Shown here: piece after piece, positions 11,641 through 24,608 of the stretch
Position numbering within the stretch: the first letter of the stretch is position 1
Layout: every line of letters begins with the position of its first letter
Source: Squalus acanthias
Lineage: Eukaryota
Reading direction: 5' to 3'
Assembly (NCBI GenBank): GCA_030390025.1
Contig: CM059432.1
Coordinates: forward strand, 150,724,001-150,788,000
Length of the DNA stretch: 64,000 nt
Notes under the pieces: generated by a model
What the model was told of the DNA's origin: nothing
Database searches by the model: none
What the model saw: the letters and a program-made list of their open reading frames with translations, nothing else
Position numbers and translations under genes: made by a program

Positions 11641-14021
11641 TGGGAAACTAATATAAATTACAAAAGTGAAGTACAACCAAGCATTATATCAACTAAAAGG
11701 AAACAAAATGGCCAACAAAACAAATGGTAAAAGCCCTTTCCACAGGAGAAATTACTGCAAATTATACTATAGGGCTGATTTTCCAAATGCATGATACTGG
11801 CAAGGAGCCACCCTCACTGGCAAAACATATCAAAAGATCAGCCCTACAGGTCATGGTGAGACTCCCAGAGTTTGTGCTATTATAGCATGGAAGAAGCAGA
11901 CGCCATCTGAAGCAGTGCCTTTCTTTTTTAATGCTCATGGTTACTCTGTGTACTTTCAGGTATGGGAGGTAGTGTTAGGACAATCAAGTAGAAAACAAGG
12001 TCAATTACTCCTGAATTAGACAGCAAAATAATGTAATTTTATCTAGATTTAGAGCCAAGGGCAGGTACAGTATAGAACACATCTTTCCACACCTTGCTTC
12101 GAATAAGTAACAACTCAAAGATAGCTGATAGGTAATGAAGTGCTCTATGGACAAGACACAATCCTTTCAACTACACCTTAAAACTCAGCAAACCTATTCC
12201 CAAATCGCTAACTGTGTTTTACAATAGCATAGTTAACTCTGTACAGCAAGGAATAGTTCTGCAGGGTGATGGTTAAGGAATGGGAAGTCTGAAACAGAGG
12301 AATGATTGCAATTGCTTTCCTCTGTGAGTAACCAGAGGCCGTCAGTACATTCATGGCACCATGCTACAAGGCTCTTCATTGGTGAGGCTGATCATAGTAG
12401 TGGATTGTAATGAATGGCCTCACCGGCATTCCTGTTCAGAAACATTCTTTTCAAATGGCAAAACCTCATTTTGGCTTAAAACCGCAACAGATTTCAATGT
12501 ATGCCACTCTTAAAAAAATATAAACACAGAGACATGGGTTATAATATAATTCTTGACCATCAAACTATCACTCCTAACGGCCCCACTGTTGGCAGCTCTG
12601 CACCCACCTGTCCTTTAACAGTCACATCAAGTCTCTCAGTTTTGTCCCCTTCTATACAAAGTGGAGTACAGTATAGCCCACATCTTTCCACACCTTGCTT
12701 CGGAATAAGTAACAGCTCAAAGTTAGCTGATAGGTAGTGAAATGTTCAGATTCACACCAATCCACGGAGCTGCTCGAAATGTTACAGCTCTTCCACAATT
12801 TGTATGGGAGAGAGGAGCTTAAGAAACCTGAAAAAGGCTAATCGTTAAAAAAAAATTGCACTTTCAGGTATGGGAGGTAGTGCTAGGACAATCAAATAGA
12901 AAACAAGGTCAATTACTCTTCCATTGGATACCAAAATAATGTCATTTTATCTAGCAGGTAATCCAAAAAATTCAGGAAGTAGGGCAAGAACAGAATTGCA
13001 CTAAATTTAAAATACATTGGTGAAGGTGTGCTCAGATCGCATTTTGTTGGTAAACTACAGGCCTTCCTAAAAATTGTTGAACCACTTATATCTTCTGCAA
13101 TAACGTCTAGGAAATGCACTCCTAGACATTCTAACTCCATCATTCACTAAGAATTGAAACAGCTTTAACCTTTATATATATTTTTTCTAATTGGTGGAAA
13201 ATATACAATACTTACAGTGTAAGATGAGTAGAGGAGCAAGGCCACCTGGCTTATCTTTCCATAGAAAGCTAGAATCCTCCCAATTACACCATCAAACGAT
13301 GCTCTGGATCACTCGGGATTTTTTTGCCCCCACTACCATTCCAGGTGTTAATCACGGTGTGAAGAAGTGCTTCCTGACATCAGTTTGTATTTATATTCCT
13401 TTGACTTACATTGTGGTTTAATTTAAAATAGTGCTCCAGATTAACCTTTTCCATTCCATGTACTATCTCAATAAGATGCTCTCTCATCTGCCTCCTGTCC
13501 AAATTGAAGAGTCTGAGTATTTCTAGCATATTCGCAGAACTCCCACTAGGGATCAGCCTCCTGGCCCTTCTCTGCCTTCATGGCTTGGATGGTTCTCTTG
13601 GGAGCTGAAAACAGGACTAAAATGTATGGCTTGGACAGATCACTGCACCTGAATGTACGCTGATGAAGATAAACTGTACAATGTTCAAACTCTAAAATAA
13701 AACAAATGTAAAAACAAACTAGAAACTGTACAGCAGCATGATCAGATCAGCTGCTAAAAGAGGAAGATAGGTTATCAGACAGTTTGATAAAGGGTTAACA
13801 TTTTGGGTGTAACCCATCTGTCTATTTTAGATGCTGATCAATCTACTTTGCCTTTTCAGCATGGTCAGTTCTTAATATCAGATTTGCAGCAGTCCCAAAG
13901 TTCCCTTTTATCGCTACCAAATGTAAAAATAACTCTCAGTATTGTGAAAACTTAGAAACCCATATACAGTATTCAGTTAACTGGATCTTTTTGAACAAGC
14001 ATATTTGGCCAAAGTACCAAA

Positions 14022-14219
14022 GGGGCGATTTTATGAAATTCTGCTCCCGGCAGGGAGCCTCATGCACTGGTGCACACATCAGAATATCGCTGACATACTT
14101 CCCAAGATTTTCCGTCCATTACAATTAATGGAGAGAAAATCATGGGAAGTACATTTCCTGATACGTGTTCCAAAACGGAAAGTTCCTCACCAGGAGGATG
14201 CATTCATGAAAATCGGCCT
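14022..14219. mobile_element. Short degenerate Harbinger-type MITE
   Basis: Imperfect TIRs GGGGCGATTTTATGAA / TTCATGAAAATCGGCCT; no clean TSD. Confidence 0.5.
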
Positions 14220-14458
14220 TCTAGACTGAACAGCTACTTTATATCCTAAGGGAAGGAAACAGATCCTTGTAAGTACTGCGCTTCAGCTTTGTAAACTTCT
14301 CATACATTCTGCTAATACAGTTGGATTATTTGAACAAAGTAATAATAGTTCTTCAGAAATAATATATTGATCTGTTCAATTCAGTTAAAACTACCACTAA
14401 CCTCAGCCTATTAAAACCACAAAGATTGAAATTAACTGCATTAAACAAGAGTGAACTA

Positions 14459-14852
14459 CAGGAAACTCTTTGGTATCCGGCACCGACAGGACCGGCGTGG
14501 TGCCAGTTGATCAAAAGTTCCGGATAACGGAGAGTTATATCTACCGAGGCTATTTTTAACAAACAAAAATCAGACTCCTGTTACTGCCGTGTTCGGACTT
14601 CCGACAGTGCCAGGAGGCCGAGTAGTGGCACTTTGGAGAACTACCCCCACTGACTAACTCGGCGTTCGCGGGAGACTCGGACTCGGCAACATTGCCGGTT
14701 ATTTGAGAGGAGTTTTCGGAGTACTCGGCGTTCACGGGAGACTCGGACTCGGCAACATTGCCGGTTATTTGAGAGGAGTTTTCGGAGTATGATTTTTGCC
14801 GGTTAAGAGAGAATTCCGAATATTTAGGTGCCGGTTAAACAAGAGTTTCCTG
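14459..14852. mobile_element. Tc1/mariner-pogo (Tigger-like) MITE
   Basis: TA TSD on both sides; TIRs CAGGAAACTCTTTGGTATCCGGCACC / GGTGCCGGTTAAACAAGAGTTTCCTG; internal ~66-bp tandem duplication (about 14657-14789). Confidence 0.88.
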
Positions 14853-15505
14853 TACATAGTTTTCTGCATCACTTCACTTTTTAAACCAACTTTAAGGCAC
14901 CTGGATGCACAGTATGAAGAGAATAAGCCAAAATTACACATTCAGTACAGAGCAACCCTACTACAAGGAACTGTAATATATATTACAAAAGTAGACAGAC
15001 TGCAAATCTAAACACTAGGGGGGAGAAACTGGGCTCTGCAGCGCCTATTTGTTAGGCACTATGCAGCATCCAAATGATAGAAAAATGGGGTCCGAGATGC
15101 ACGCGCACACATCTGACAGCATGTGCGCCGGACGCCATCTTGGGAAAGGGGTCTGCACACCTAACGAACACCAGCAGCAGGCAGATTATGTCAATCAGCG
15201 TGCAACACTGATTTGACACCATTATTTTCGAACACCACACACCAGCCTATGCCATGTCTTAGCCTCGCACAGCTGAACACGGCGTTAAATGGCATGCAAG
15301 ACCCACACCAGCGCTACTTAAAGGGATCATGAATTACTTACAGATACTGGATTATTTCTTCTGGCTGCTGGTGAAATTGTACATGTTTTTGAGCTTTTCT
15401 ATACTTGCCTAAAGTTTGAATAGTCTACAGGGAGTGGTCTGGCTGATGCTAAAGTACTTTTACGTTCATTTAAAAGCTTGTACTGAAACAAATTGCTTCC
15501 AGACA

Positions 15506-16630
15506 TGGGTGGCCGGTTAGGCCTTCCTCTTCGAATTGAGCATGACTGGGAGCATGAAGAGAGGCCACGCTGCAGCTTGTCCTGCTCTGCAGGAGGAGGA
15601 GGGGGAGAAGGGCTCTCTGCCAAATGTCTTTAGGGAACAATTCTCTTACCTCAACTTCAGCGGTGACCAATGCTTGAAATGTCTTCGCTTCACTTAAGAG
15701 GTCGTGACTGAAATCTGCCAACTGCTGCAGTCACAACGGCAACCTCAAAGCAGGACAAGGACAGCATTGCTTTCAAGGTGACCGTGGCTCTTAATTTTTA
15801 TGCATCTGGCTTCTTCCAGGCTACTGCTGGATCTATAAGCAATATCTTGCATTTTTCAGTACACTGCTGCATAAGGGAGGTCACTGAGGCTCTCTATACA
15901 CAGAGACAGCTTCATCTTCTTCCCACTTGCCAGAGACAAGCAGGCGGAGTGAGCATGAGGGTTTGCATGGATTGCAGGCTTCCCCATGGTGCAGGGTGCC
16001 ATTGACTGCACGCACATTGCCTTGCATGCGCCTCATCTGAACTCGGCCATTTTCATGAACTGAAAGGGATTCCACTCCCTCGATGTGCAGCTCGTGTACG
16101 ACCACAGGCAACGCATCATGCAGGTCAATGCCCGTTATCCTGGCAGTAGTCACGATTCCATCATTCTGTGGCAGTCCGTTGTGCCACCTGTATTTGAACC
16201 ACTACGGCAAGTCAAAGGCTGGCTACTGGGCGACAAGGGTTATCCACTCATGACATGGCTCATGACCTACGCACACATTCACAGCAGGCATACAATGAGA
16301 GCCATGCTGCCACAAGGAACATTATAGAGCACAACACTGGCGTCGTCAAGCAACGCTTCTGCTGACTGGACCGCTCCTGCTGACTGGACCGCTCCGGAGG
16401 AGCCCTGCAGCACTCAGCTGAGCGGTATCAAGATTGGAGATAGTATGCTGTATGCTGCACAACCTGGCCATTATGAGGGAACAGCCCTTGCCACCATCTA
16501 TCAGACAAGATGCTGAGGAGCAGGAGGAGGAAGTGCAATAGCAAGTGGAGGAATAGGAAGAGAAAGGGAGGCTACAACGTAGACAACCCCTTTCTGACCG
16601 GGCTCTACATGATGAAATAATTAAATGAGT
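15506..16630 (+). pseudogene. Harbinger DDE transposase (HARBI1-like), with frameshifts and stops
   Basis: VALNFYASGFFQ...; [68 protein letters not shown]. Confidence 0.92.
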
Positions 16631-16829
16631 GATACCAGTAACCTCAACCACACCTCCCCATTTGCCAACAGTTCCACACTCCTTACCTTTCCTCTATCAC
16701 TCGCCATCACATCATCCTCTTTCCAACAATAAAATAAAAACCACCAGAAAATGCATATTCCAATCCCATTTTATGACTTCAATCATGACATAATTCATAC
16801 AAAACTAAACTAAACACCCTTGTGTATTC

Positions 16830-18639
16830 CCTTAGTGCCTGTCTTCCATGTGCCTTTGCCTCTTCTAGTGCTCCTACAAGGTGCTTCCCCAGTGGCTGCA
16901 ACATGGCTGGTGGAAGGCTGCTGACCTTCAACTGAGGAGACTGCAGATTGCCTTGGAGGGCGAATTCAAGCAGCTCTGGGCCTAGAAGACCCGCCTTCAG
17001 ACTGCACCATCTCGGCTTGGGTGGCAGCAGTCTGGGCTGGCTGACTGACAGGCAACAGCAAGGGCACTGGTGCAGTGGCAGGGGTGGGAGCATGAATGCT
17101 GTCATCCTGAGAGAGGAAAGCAGGTTCGTGCTCCATCAAGCCGCTGCCACTCTTCCGTGGCGGCGCCTCAGCAATCCTATTGACCTATTGGAGAACAGAT
17201 TGATGGACTGCTGTGATGCCCTGGAAGCCCCTTTGAACAGTGGTATCCAGAGTCATGATGGCAGCAGTCTGAGCTTTCAGTGCAGCACTCAAACCTTTGA
17301 TGGAAGCTGTTAGTGCTGCAATGGAAGCTGTGGTGTCGGCCATCAGATGCTGCATCATTGTGGGTTTCACAGATGTGCTGATGGAGGTGATCACCCGTTC
17401 CATGCTGGAAATACTGGGCCCAAAGGTCTGCGCAAAGCCCTGTACCAAGTTGTTACTGGACTCCTCCGTGCTGTTTGACATTGAGCGCAGGCTTTCTGGC
17501 AAGCTTTCCAGTGCACCAAGCATTTGGTTATGTACATCCATCAGCTTTCTTCCGTAGCCTGGCCCATTGAAGTCCTCGTCTGATTCCTATGTAGCAGAAC
17601 TAGTGTGCGACCTCTCCCTCCAGTGAACTAGCACCTGCACACTTGCGCCCGTTGTCTCACCACATGCAAATCCCTTCTCTATCCTTACTTCTAAAATATC
17701 CGCAGTGTCAGTATCTGAGCTGGCAGCTGCGACCGTGAGTGACGGTGTCTCTTCATCTTCACTGTCTTCTTCCTCTTCCTCCACTTACTAGGAAGGCTCC
17801 AGTTCTTGGGTATCTGAAATGTAAAAAGGGACAAGGGTTGGGTTGTGGTGAGGGGGGAGGAGAAAGTAAGAAGTGCGTGCTTACACCATCTGCAGCTTCT
17901 AAGTCAGAAGAGATTGCTGGATGAGGGAGAAGTGGGAAGAGAGAAGGAAGATTAGGTATGCAGATACCCTCATCTTCGATCACTTCTGCTCCGCCAGTGG
18001 CCACAGCCTCAGTGATGCCCCTTCCTATGATTGCCACCACTGTCTCCTCCATGGGGGTTAAAACATGCAGGTGTGCTTATCCTCATGCGCCACCTTCTTC
18101 TGCAAGAAAGAGGGAAGTGTGTCAGCGAGTATCCTGCGATAATGTTTGGGTGATGTGACCGTCATGGTGAATAGCTGCCAGTGTGCGAGAGCTGGGAGAT
18201 GTGGGTGTGAGGCTTGCAACAGTGCCAAGTGTGTGAGGGTGAGGTAAAGCATATGAATTGAAGGGTTGAGTACTGATTGATAGGGATTGTTGGTAAACGA
18301 GTGATGGAGGTGTAGTGAATTGAGCAGTGGATGAGGCTGGTTAGTTAGTAGGATATGCCATTTGAAGATGAACTCACTCACCTGGACAACTCGTGTGAGA
18401 TCGTTAAACTTCTTCCTGCACTGCATCCATGTTCTTGGGGCAACACTCCTGGCATTGACCTCCATCACTATTCGTTCCCACTGCCTCCTGAGCACCTGTC
18501 TGGAGGGCCTCCTACCCCCCCACTGCGGATACAGGACAACTCTCTTTCTTTCCACCTCTTCCACCAAGACCTCCAGTGCAGTGTCTGAAAACCTTGGTGC
18601 TCGCTCTCTCGCATGTTCAGCCGTTCCCCAAAGTATCAC
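16830..18639 (-). pseudogene. Harbinger Myb/SANT-like DNA-binding protein gene, 3 exons, disabled
   Basis: RERAPRFSDTALEVLVEEV...WERIVMEVNARSVAPRTWMQCRKKFNDL, then CAG|GTGAGT donor (exon ends 18382) and TTGCAG acceptor (exon 2 starts 18099). Acidic and coiled-coil exon 3 contains stops. Confidence 0.85.
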
Positions 18640-20429
18640 AGCACAGAATCAGTTTTCAAATTACTCCCACGACTTCTTGCAGCTGCAATGCACCTCCCCT
18701 TTAGGAGGTGCAGGCAGCGTTAGCCACCCAAAATATCGGGCCCCTTGCTGATGTGTGCCGCCAATGAACAGCACGGGGAGCGCTGGCTGCACGCAGCAAT
18801 CCTGTAAAGTATTAATCATCAAGACTTAGTTGATGCAATTTATATTAGGGAATCAGTTAAAATGAAGTATTACAAATCCAGATATCAACTCATGGCCATA
18901 ACTAAAGATGGATTGGGATGGGAGCATTACTGTGTATGGAACTAGGCCCCGATAAAACTGAAATCACTCCCTTTTCAAGATCATTCCATCTTCATTCTTT
19001 TGTTGCAACAGCCATTTTTCTAACTTGAAGAGCGCCCACTTTTTAGCTTGTTTATCCAATGAATGGCAATATTGCCTCCATGACTAACTCCCTCTGCTGG
19101 ATCTAGATGCAAGTACATAATATAATCTCAAACATTACAGGAGTAACGAATCCCCAACCTTGTCTGTGGTATCCTTGCTGCTATGTCACTGTAACGTAGT
19201 AGCAATCTCTAGTATGGTTCCTTCAAAAAGCAGCAACTCTGAAGCTCACAATAAACTCAACCAAACAGAAACTTCATACATAAACAAGCAGCTTAGCAGT
19301 CATCTGTAAGAAAGCTTCACAATACGTAGTCTACAATGCAAAGAGAGCATTAATAAGAGTACAAAGTGGTCTTATCTTGGTTTTGATTGGAGGCAGGAGA
19401 AAGGGAGAAGCAACTGCCTGAAATTTAAAGAGGATTTCATATTTATTCCTTTTTGAAACCAAAGAGCTTGGAGCTCCTTCAACTCACAGCAATCTCATGC
19501 CATGAAAGCATTGCGGGAGACATAGTTCTGGAATGACCAAGTAATCACCAGTTTATGTTCTCCAGAGGGTGGTGAAATTACAAATTGTTTTCTGGGACTC
19601 ACAGAACAAAAACCATATTGGATATAACACCTGCATGAGGTTGAAATCAGATGATTGTTTTTTTATAAAACAATAAATTTCTGAATTATGAAAATCTAAA
19701 ATTAATCACCATAAAATATTTAAATTAATGCAGACGAGTCATCCAAATGATCCATTCTGGGACATGCAATATTTCAAACAGCAATGTCTAGTCTAAAAAA
19801 AAATCAATTACTATTTTGAGGGAATGTTTCCCACTTTTAGAAACCGGGCATTTTTTTCTGAAAAAAAACTGCACTGAATAGAAATAGCAATTGCTTCAGT
19901 ATTTCACTGGATGAGTTTGTTCAAAAGGATTTTTTTAGCTTTACGAGCAGAAAACCGGCCAAAGCGACTTAATTCCAACAACACTCATTTTGCACCTCTC
20001 AAGTGACAACAGTCATTTAACTTGTCTCGTAATGGTCAAGGGTATCAGCTCAGAGAGCAGGAAACCATAGCAAATTAAGAGGTGTAAATTTGTACAGGTC
20101 TATGGCACTAGAACCAAAGTATTGTGAGTGTACTCAATTCCAAATCTTGCATCAGAAACAAAGCATAAACTACCTTTCAGGTTCTGAAAATGATGTGCAT
20201 TCTCTGCTTGGGTAATTTGTATTGAAAATATTTGCAAATAAATATCTTGGTTATTTTGGCCTTCTTTGTAATGATTTAAACAACCAAATGGTGAGATTTT
20301 CCATTCCCATGAGTGAGATGTAAATATACAGTTAGCAGTGCATCAGAGCTTTAAACAGCTTACTGCACATATGCTTAAAGTGCCTGCGGGCAGGACTGCT
20401 CGGCTCATTAAGATGTCGTTGAAAGCAAA

Positions 20430-21615
20430 GCAGGAAAATAGGAACAGGAGAAGACCATTCAATCCCTTGAGCCTATTCCACCATTCAATTATAGCATGGC
20501 TGATTTGTATCTTAACTCCATCTACCCGCCTTGGTTTTGAATCACTTAATACCCTTGCCTAACAAAAATCTATCAATCTCAGTTTTGAGATTTTCAATTG
20601 ACCCCCAGCCTCAACAGCTTTATGGAGGAGAGTTCCAGATTTCCAATACTCTGTGTGAAGAAGTGCTTTCTGACATCATCCAAGGGAATAAAAGCCTAGT
20701 CTATGCAACCTGTCTTCATAATGTAACCCTTTTAGCCCCAGTATCATTCTGGTGAATCTGCACTGCACCCTCTCCAAGGCCAATATATCTTTCTTGAGGT
20801 GCGTTGCCCAGAACTGAACGCAGTACTCCAGATGGGGTCTAACCAGAGCTCTGTACAACTGTAGCATAACTCCCAGTCCCATCCCTTTGTATTCCAGCCC
20901 CCTGGAGATAAAGACCAACATTCTATTAGCTTTTTTAATTATTTTTTGTACCAGTCTACCAGCTTTTAGTGATTTCTGTACTTGGACCCCTAAATCTCCC
21001 TGCTCCTCCACAGTTTAGCTTCTCATCATTTAGAAAATACTCTGATCTATCTTTCTACAGTCCAAAGTGGATGACCTCACACTTTCCCACACTGAACTCC
21101 ATCTGCCACAGTTTTGCCCATTCACTTAATCCATCAATGTCCCTTTGTAACTTTCTGCTCCAATCCATACTATTTACTGTGCCACCTAATGTAATGTCGT
21201 CAGCAAACTTGGATATACGGCTCTCTATTCCTTCATCTAAGTCATTTATAAATATAGTGAAAAGCTGAGGCCCCAATACAGATCCCTGGGGGGACACCAC
21301 TAGTCACATCCTGCCAATTTGAGTACATATCCACTATCCCTACTCTCTGTCTCCTACCTCATAACCGATTCCCTATCCAATCCAACAGATTGCCCCCCAA
21401 TTCCACGCACTCTCATTTTTGTTAACAACCTTATCAAATGCCTTCTGGCCATATAAGTAACATCCATAGACACTCCCTTATCTACCACGTTTGTTACCTA
21501 CTCAAAAAATTCAATTGATTCATTAGACATGACTTACCCTTTACAAATGTATGCAGGCTCTCTCTGAACAGTTCAGGTTTGTCCAAATGTCCCTAGTGAC
21601 AGATTCTAGTAACGT
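20430..21615 (-). mobile_element. CR1 LINE 3' part (RT domain to tail), decayed
   Basis: PQGSVLGPQLFTIFINDLDEGIESRISKFADD; LYRALVRPHLEYCVQFW. Confidence 0.92.
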
Positions 21616-22072
21616 CTAGTAAAGTAACAAACTGCTTCAAAGCACTGATAGTACTTGGTGGGCTGAGTACTTAGTCTCTGGTGGTATTTGCACTACTTGG
21701 CAGCCCTCTCCCACCAATACTGGATCAGTTAGCATAATAATTGCAGCAAATTCCATGTTGAACAAATACCATTTCAAACAGTTTAGCTGGCTCATCATTG
21801 AATTAACCAGCTCGGTTATTGAGCAAACTCCCAAACTGACCGTTTTAATTCCCTTCCAGCTGAAAGCTCAATAACAAGTAACTAACAAAAGAATTGCAGA
21901 TTTTTCAAAATACAATGTACAAATCTCATTCATTTTTTGGGGGAGGGTGGGAGGGAGTAAATCAAAGTTAGAAAGGAAAAAAAATAGCATATTACATTGA
22001 AATTACAGCACTGAAACAGGCTGTTTGGCCAACCAATCCATGTTGGCTTTCATCCGCCACTCAAACAGTAGT

Positions 22073-23680
22073 CATCCAGTGCTGGATGAGCAGAAATTTC
22101 CTCCAACTAAATACTGGGAAGACCGAAACCATTGGGCCAGAAATTCGGGTCTCCACGGGTGAGTACGCGTTGCGTACTCACCCATAGACCAACTAAAGTG
22201 CCGGTTTCGCGCATGCGCTGGAAACCGGAACTTCCGTTCCCATGAAGGAAGGGGTTCAGAGGTCGAACGCATGCGCCGGAGAGGCAGCGCGCACGCAGCG
22301 AACTTCGATTTTTTTTCAGCTTTCTCCGTGAGGGTAAGTATGGAGAAGCTGCGCGGGGAAAAAGGAGGCGCAAGGCCTGCTTTTAACAAGGTAAGTGGTG
22401 AATTAAGTACAATTTAAACATTTTTTCAACAGGTTTATCTTTTTTACATACTAAAGTATGTAAGGTAAGTTTATTTTTAGCACCATTAAAAAGTGTAATT
22501 AATTTTTTCAAAAATTTAAATTCTTGTTTAGGATAGTTAATTTATGTAATTTATAGTTATTTTAAAAATGTGATTTTTTTTTTTTTAAATTTATTTGAAG
22601 TTTTAGTGAGGTTTTGGGGCCGATCGCTATTCATAGATTTGACAGGTCTTCCTGTCAAAATCTATGAATGAAGATTCCCTGCTCCGATTGGCTCTCCATG
22701 GCCCACGTGATCCCAGGGGATGCTTCAAACTAACTGCGCCCCTGGGATACGCAAGCACTGCGCGCCGGCAGCTGGAGGAGGCCCAGGAGCCGAATTCCAC
22801 GCGGGCCCGAAGCACAAAGGCAGGCGCGGTAGGTAAGTACGCGCGCGATTCTTGCACCCGCGGGAAGCCGGAGAGCCGAATTGCTGGCCCATGGTCTTCA
22901 GTCCCCACCACGAACTGCGTTCCCTAGCCACTGACTATCTCCCTGGCAACTGTCTGAGGTGGAGCCAGACTGTTCGCAACTTTGGTGTCATATTTGACCC
23001 CGAGATGAGCTTTTGACAGCATATCCGCACCATCACTCAGACTGCATATTTCCACCTCCGGAACATCACCTGACTCCGCACCTACCTCAGCTCATCTGCT
23101 GCCGAAACCCTCATCCATGCCTTTGTTACATCTAGACTTGACTATTCCAACGCAGTCCTGGCCGGCCTCCCACTTTCTACCCTCCGTAAACTTGAGGTCA
23201 TCCAACACTCTGCTGCCCGTGTCCTAACTCGCACCAAGTCCCATTCACTCATCACCCCTGTGTTCGCTGACCTACATTGGCTTCCGGTTAAGCAACGCCT
23301 CGATTTTAAAATTCTCATCCTCGTTTTCAAATTCCTCCATGGCTTCGCCCCTCCCTAGCTCTAATCTCCTCCAGCTCTACAACCCTCCGAGATATCTGCA
23401 CTCCTCCAATTCTGGTCTCTTGAGCATCCCCAAATTTAATCACTCCACCATTGGCGGCCGTGCGCTCAGCTGCCATGGTCCTAAGCTCTGGAATTCCCTC
23501 CCTAAACCTTCCACCTCTCGATCACTCTTTCCTCCTTTTAAGACACTCCTAAAAACCTACCTCATCTGCCCTAATATCTCTTTATGTGGCTCGGTGTCAA
23601 ATTTTGTTTGATAACACTCCTGTGAAGTGCCTTGAGATATTTTACTACGTTAAAGGCGTTATATAAATACAAGATTATAT
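22073..23680 (+). mobile_element. L2 LINE 3' fragment, interrupted by a MITE at 22134-22890
   Basis: Colinear with the L2 at 32900-32962 + 36168-36958; typical tail AAAGGCGTTATATAAATACAAG. Confidence 0.9.
22134..22890. mobile_element. Harbinger-type MITE (757 bp)
   Basis: TIRs GGGCCAGAAATTCGG / CCGAATTGCTGGCCC; 3-bp TSD ATT/ATG; CpG-rich arms around an AT-rich core. Confidence 0.88.
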
Positions 23681-23689
23681 TGGCAATAT

Positions 23690-24608
23690 ATTTGGCAAGT
23701 AACATTCATGCCACACAAGTGCCAGGCAATGACCATCTCCAACGAGAGAGGACCTAGCCACCTCCCCATGACATTCAATGGCATTACCATCATCAAATTC
23801 CCCCACCATTAACATCCTTGGGGTCACCATTGACCAGAAACTTAATTGGACCAGCCACATAAGTATGTAGTTACAAGAGCAGGTCAGAGGCTGGGTTTTC
23901 TGCAGTGAGTGACTCACATCCTGGCTCCCCAAAGCCTTTCCACCATCTACAAGGCACAAATCAGGAGTGTGATGGAATACTCTCCACTTGCCTGGAAGAG
24001 TGCAGCTCCAACAACGCTCAAGAAGCTCGACGCCATGAAGAACATAGCAGCCTGCTTGATTGGCACCCCATCCACCACCTTAAACATGCACTCCCTCTAC
24101 CACCGAGCAGTATGTACCAGCTACAAGATATACTGCAGCAACTCGCACACCGAGCTTCGACAGCACCCCCCAAACCCGCAACCTCCAAACCCGCAACCTC
24201 TACTGCCTAGAAGGACAAGGGCAGCAGGCGCATGGGAACACCATCCCCTCCAAGTCACACACCATCCTGACTTGGAAATATATCGCCATCAATGTTTCCT
24301 ATAAGCTCCTCTGCCAGTCCCAAGCAGCACAGGACCAGCTTTTTCAATGTTAAATGCGCGAAACTGTGAATGGGCCCAAAAAAGTTAGGGGGAACATTGA
24401 TCGCCGTTCCTTCATCGTCACTGGGTCAAAACCCTGGAACTCCCTCCCCCCCCCCCCCCCATAACAGCACTGTGGGAGTACCTTCACCTCACGGACTACA
24501 GCTGTTCAAGAAGGTGGCTCACCACCACCTTCTCAAGGGCAATTAGGGATGGGCAATAAATGCTGGCCTCGCCAGCGATGCCCACATCCCATGACTGAAT
24601 AAAAAAAT
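23690..24608 (+). mobile_element. Non-LTR retrotransposon 3' end (CR1/L2-group, distinct family) with A-rich tail
   Basis: ILGVTIDQKLNWTSHI and TIYKAQIRSVMEYSPLAW are post-RT motifs. The 3' end GGGATGGGCAATAAATGCTGGCC is shared with the second SINE family. Confidence 0.82.
24290..24399. mobile_element. 110-bp hAT-type MITE nested in the LINE
   Basis: TIRs CAATGTTTCC / GGGAACATTG; 8-bp TSD ATCGCCAT / ATCGCCGT. Confidence 0.85.

Larger units (their letters stand above)
15019..18805. mobile_element. PIF/Harbinger transposon, two convergent genes, decayed; right TIR not found
   Basis: Left terminus GGGGGAGAAACTGGGC follows AAACAC-TAG; transposase remnant on + and spliced Myb/SANT gene on -. Confidence 0.9.

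Noticed and set aside
11772..11844. Tiny Harbinger-like MITE (GGGCTGAT...ATCAGCCC)
   Set aside because: The inverted repeat is short and there is no matching TSD.
15506..16630. Domesticated HARBI1 gene
   Set aside because: It has multiple stops and frameshifts and lies inside a transposon with its Myb partner.
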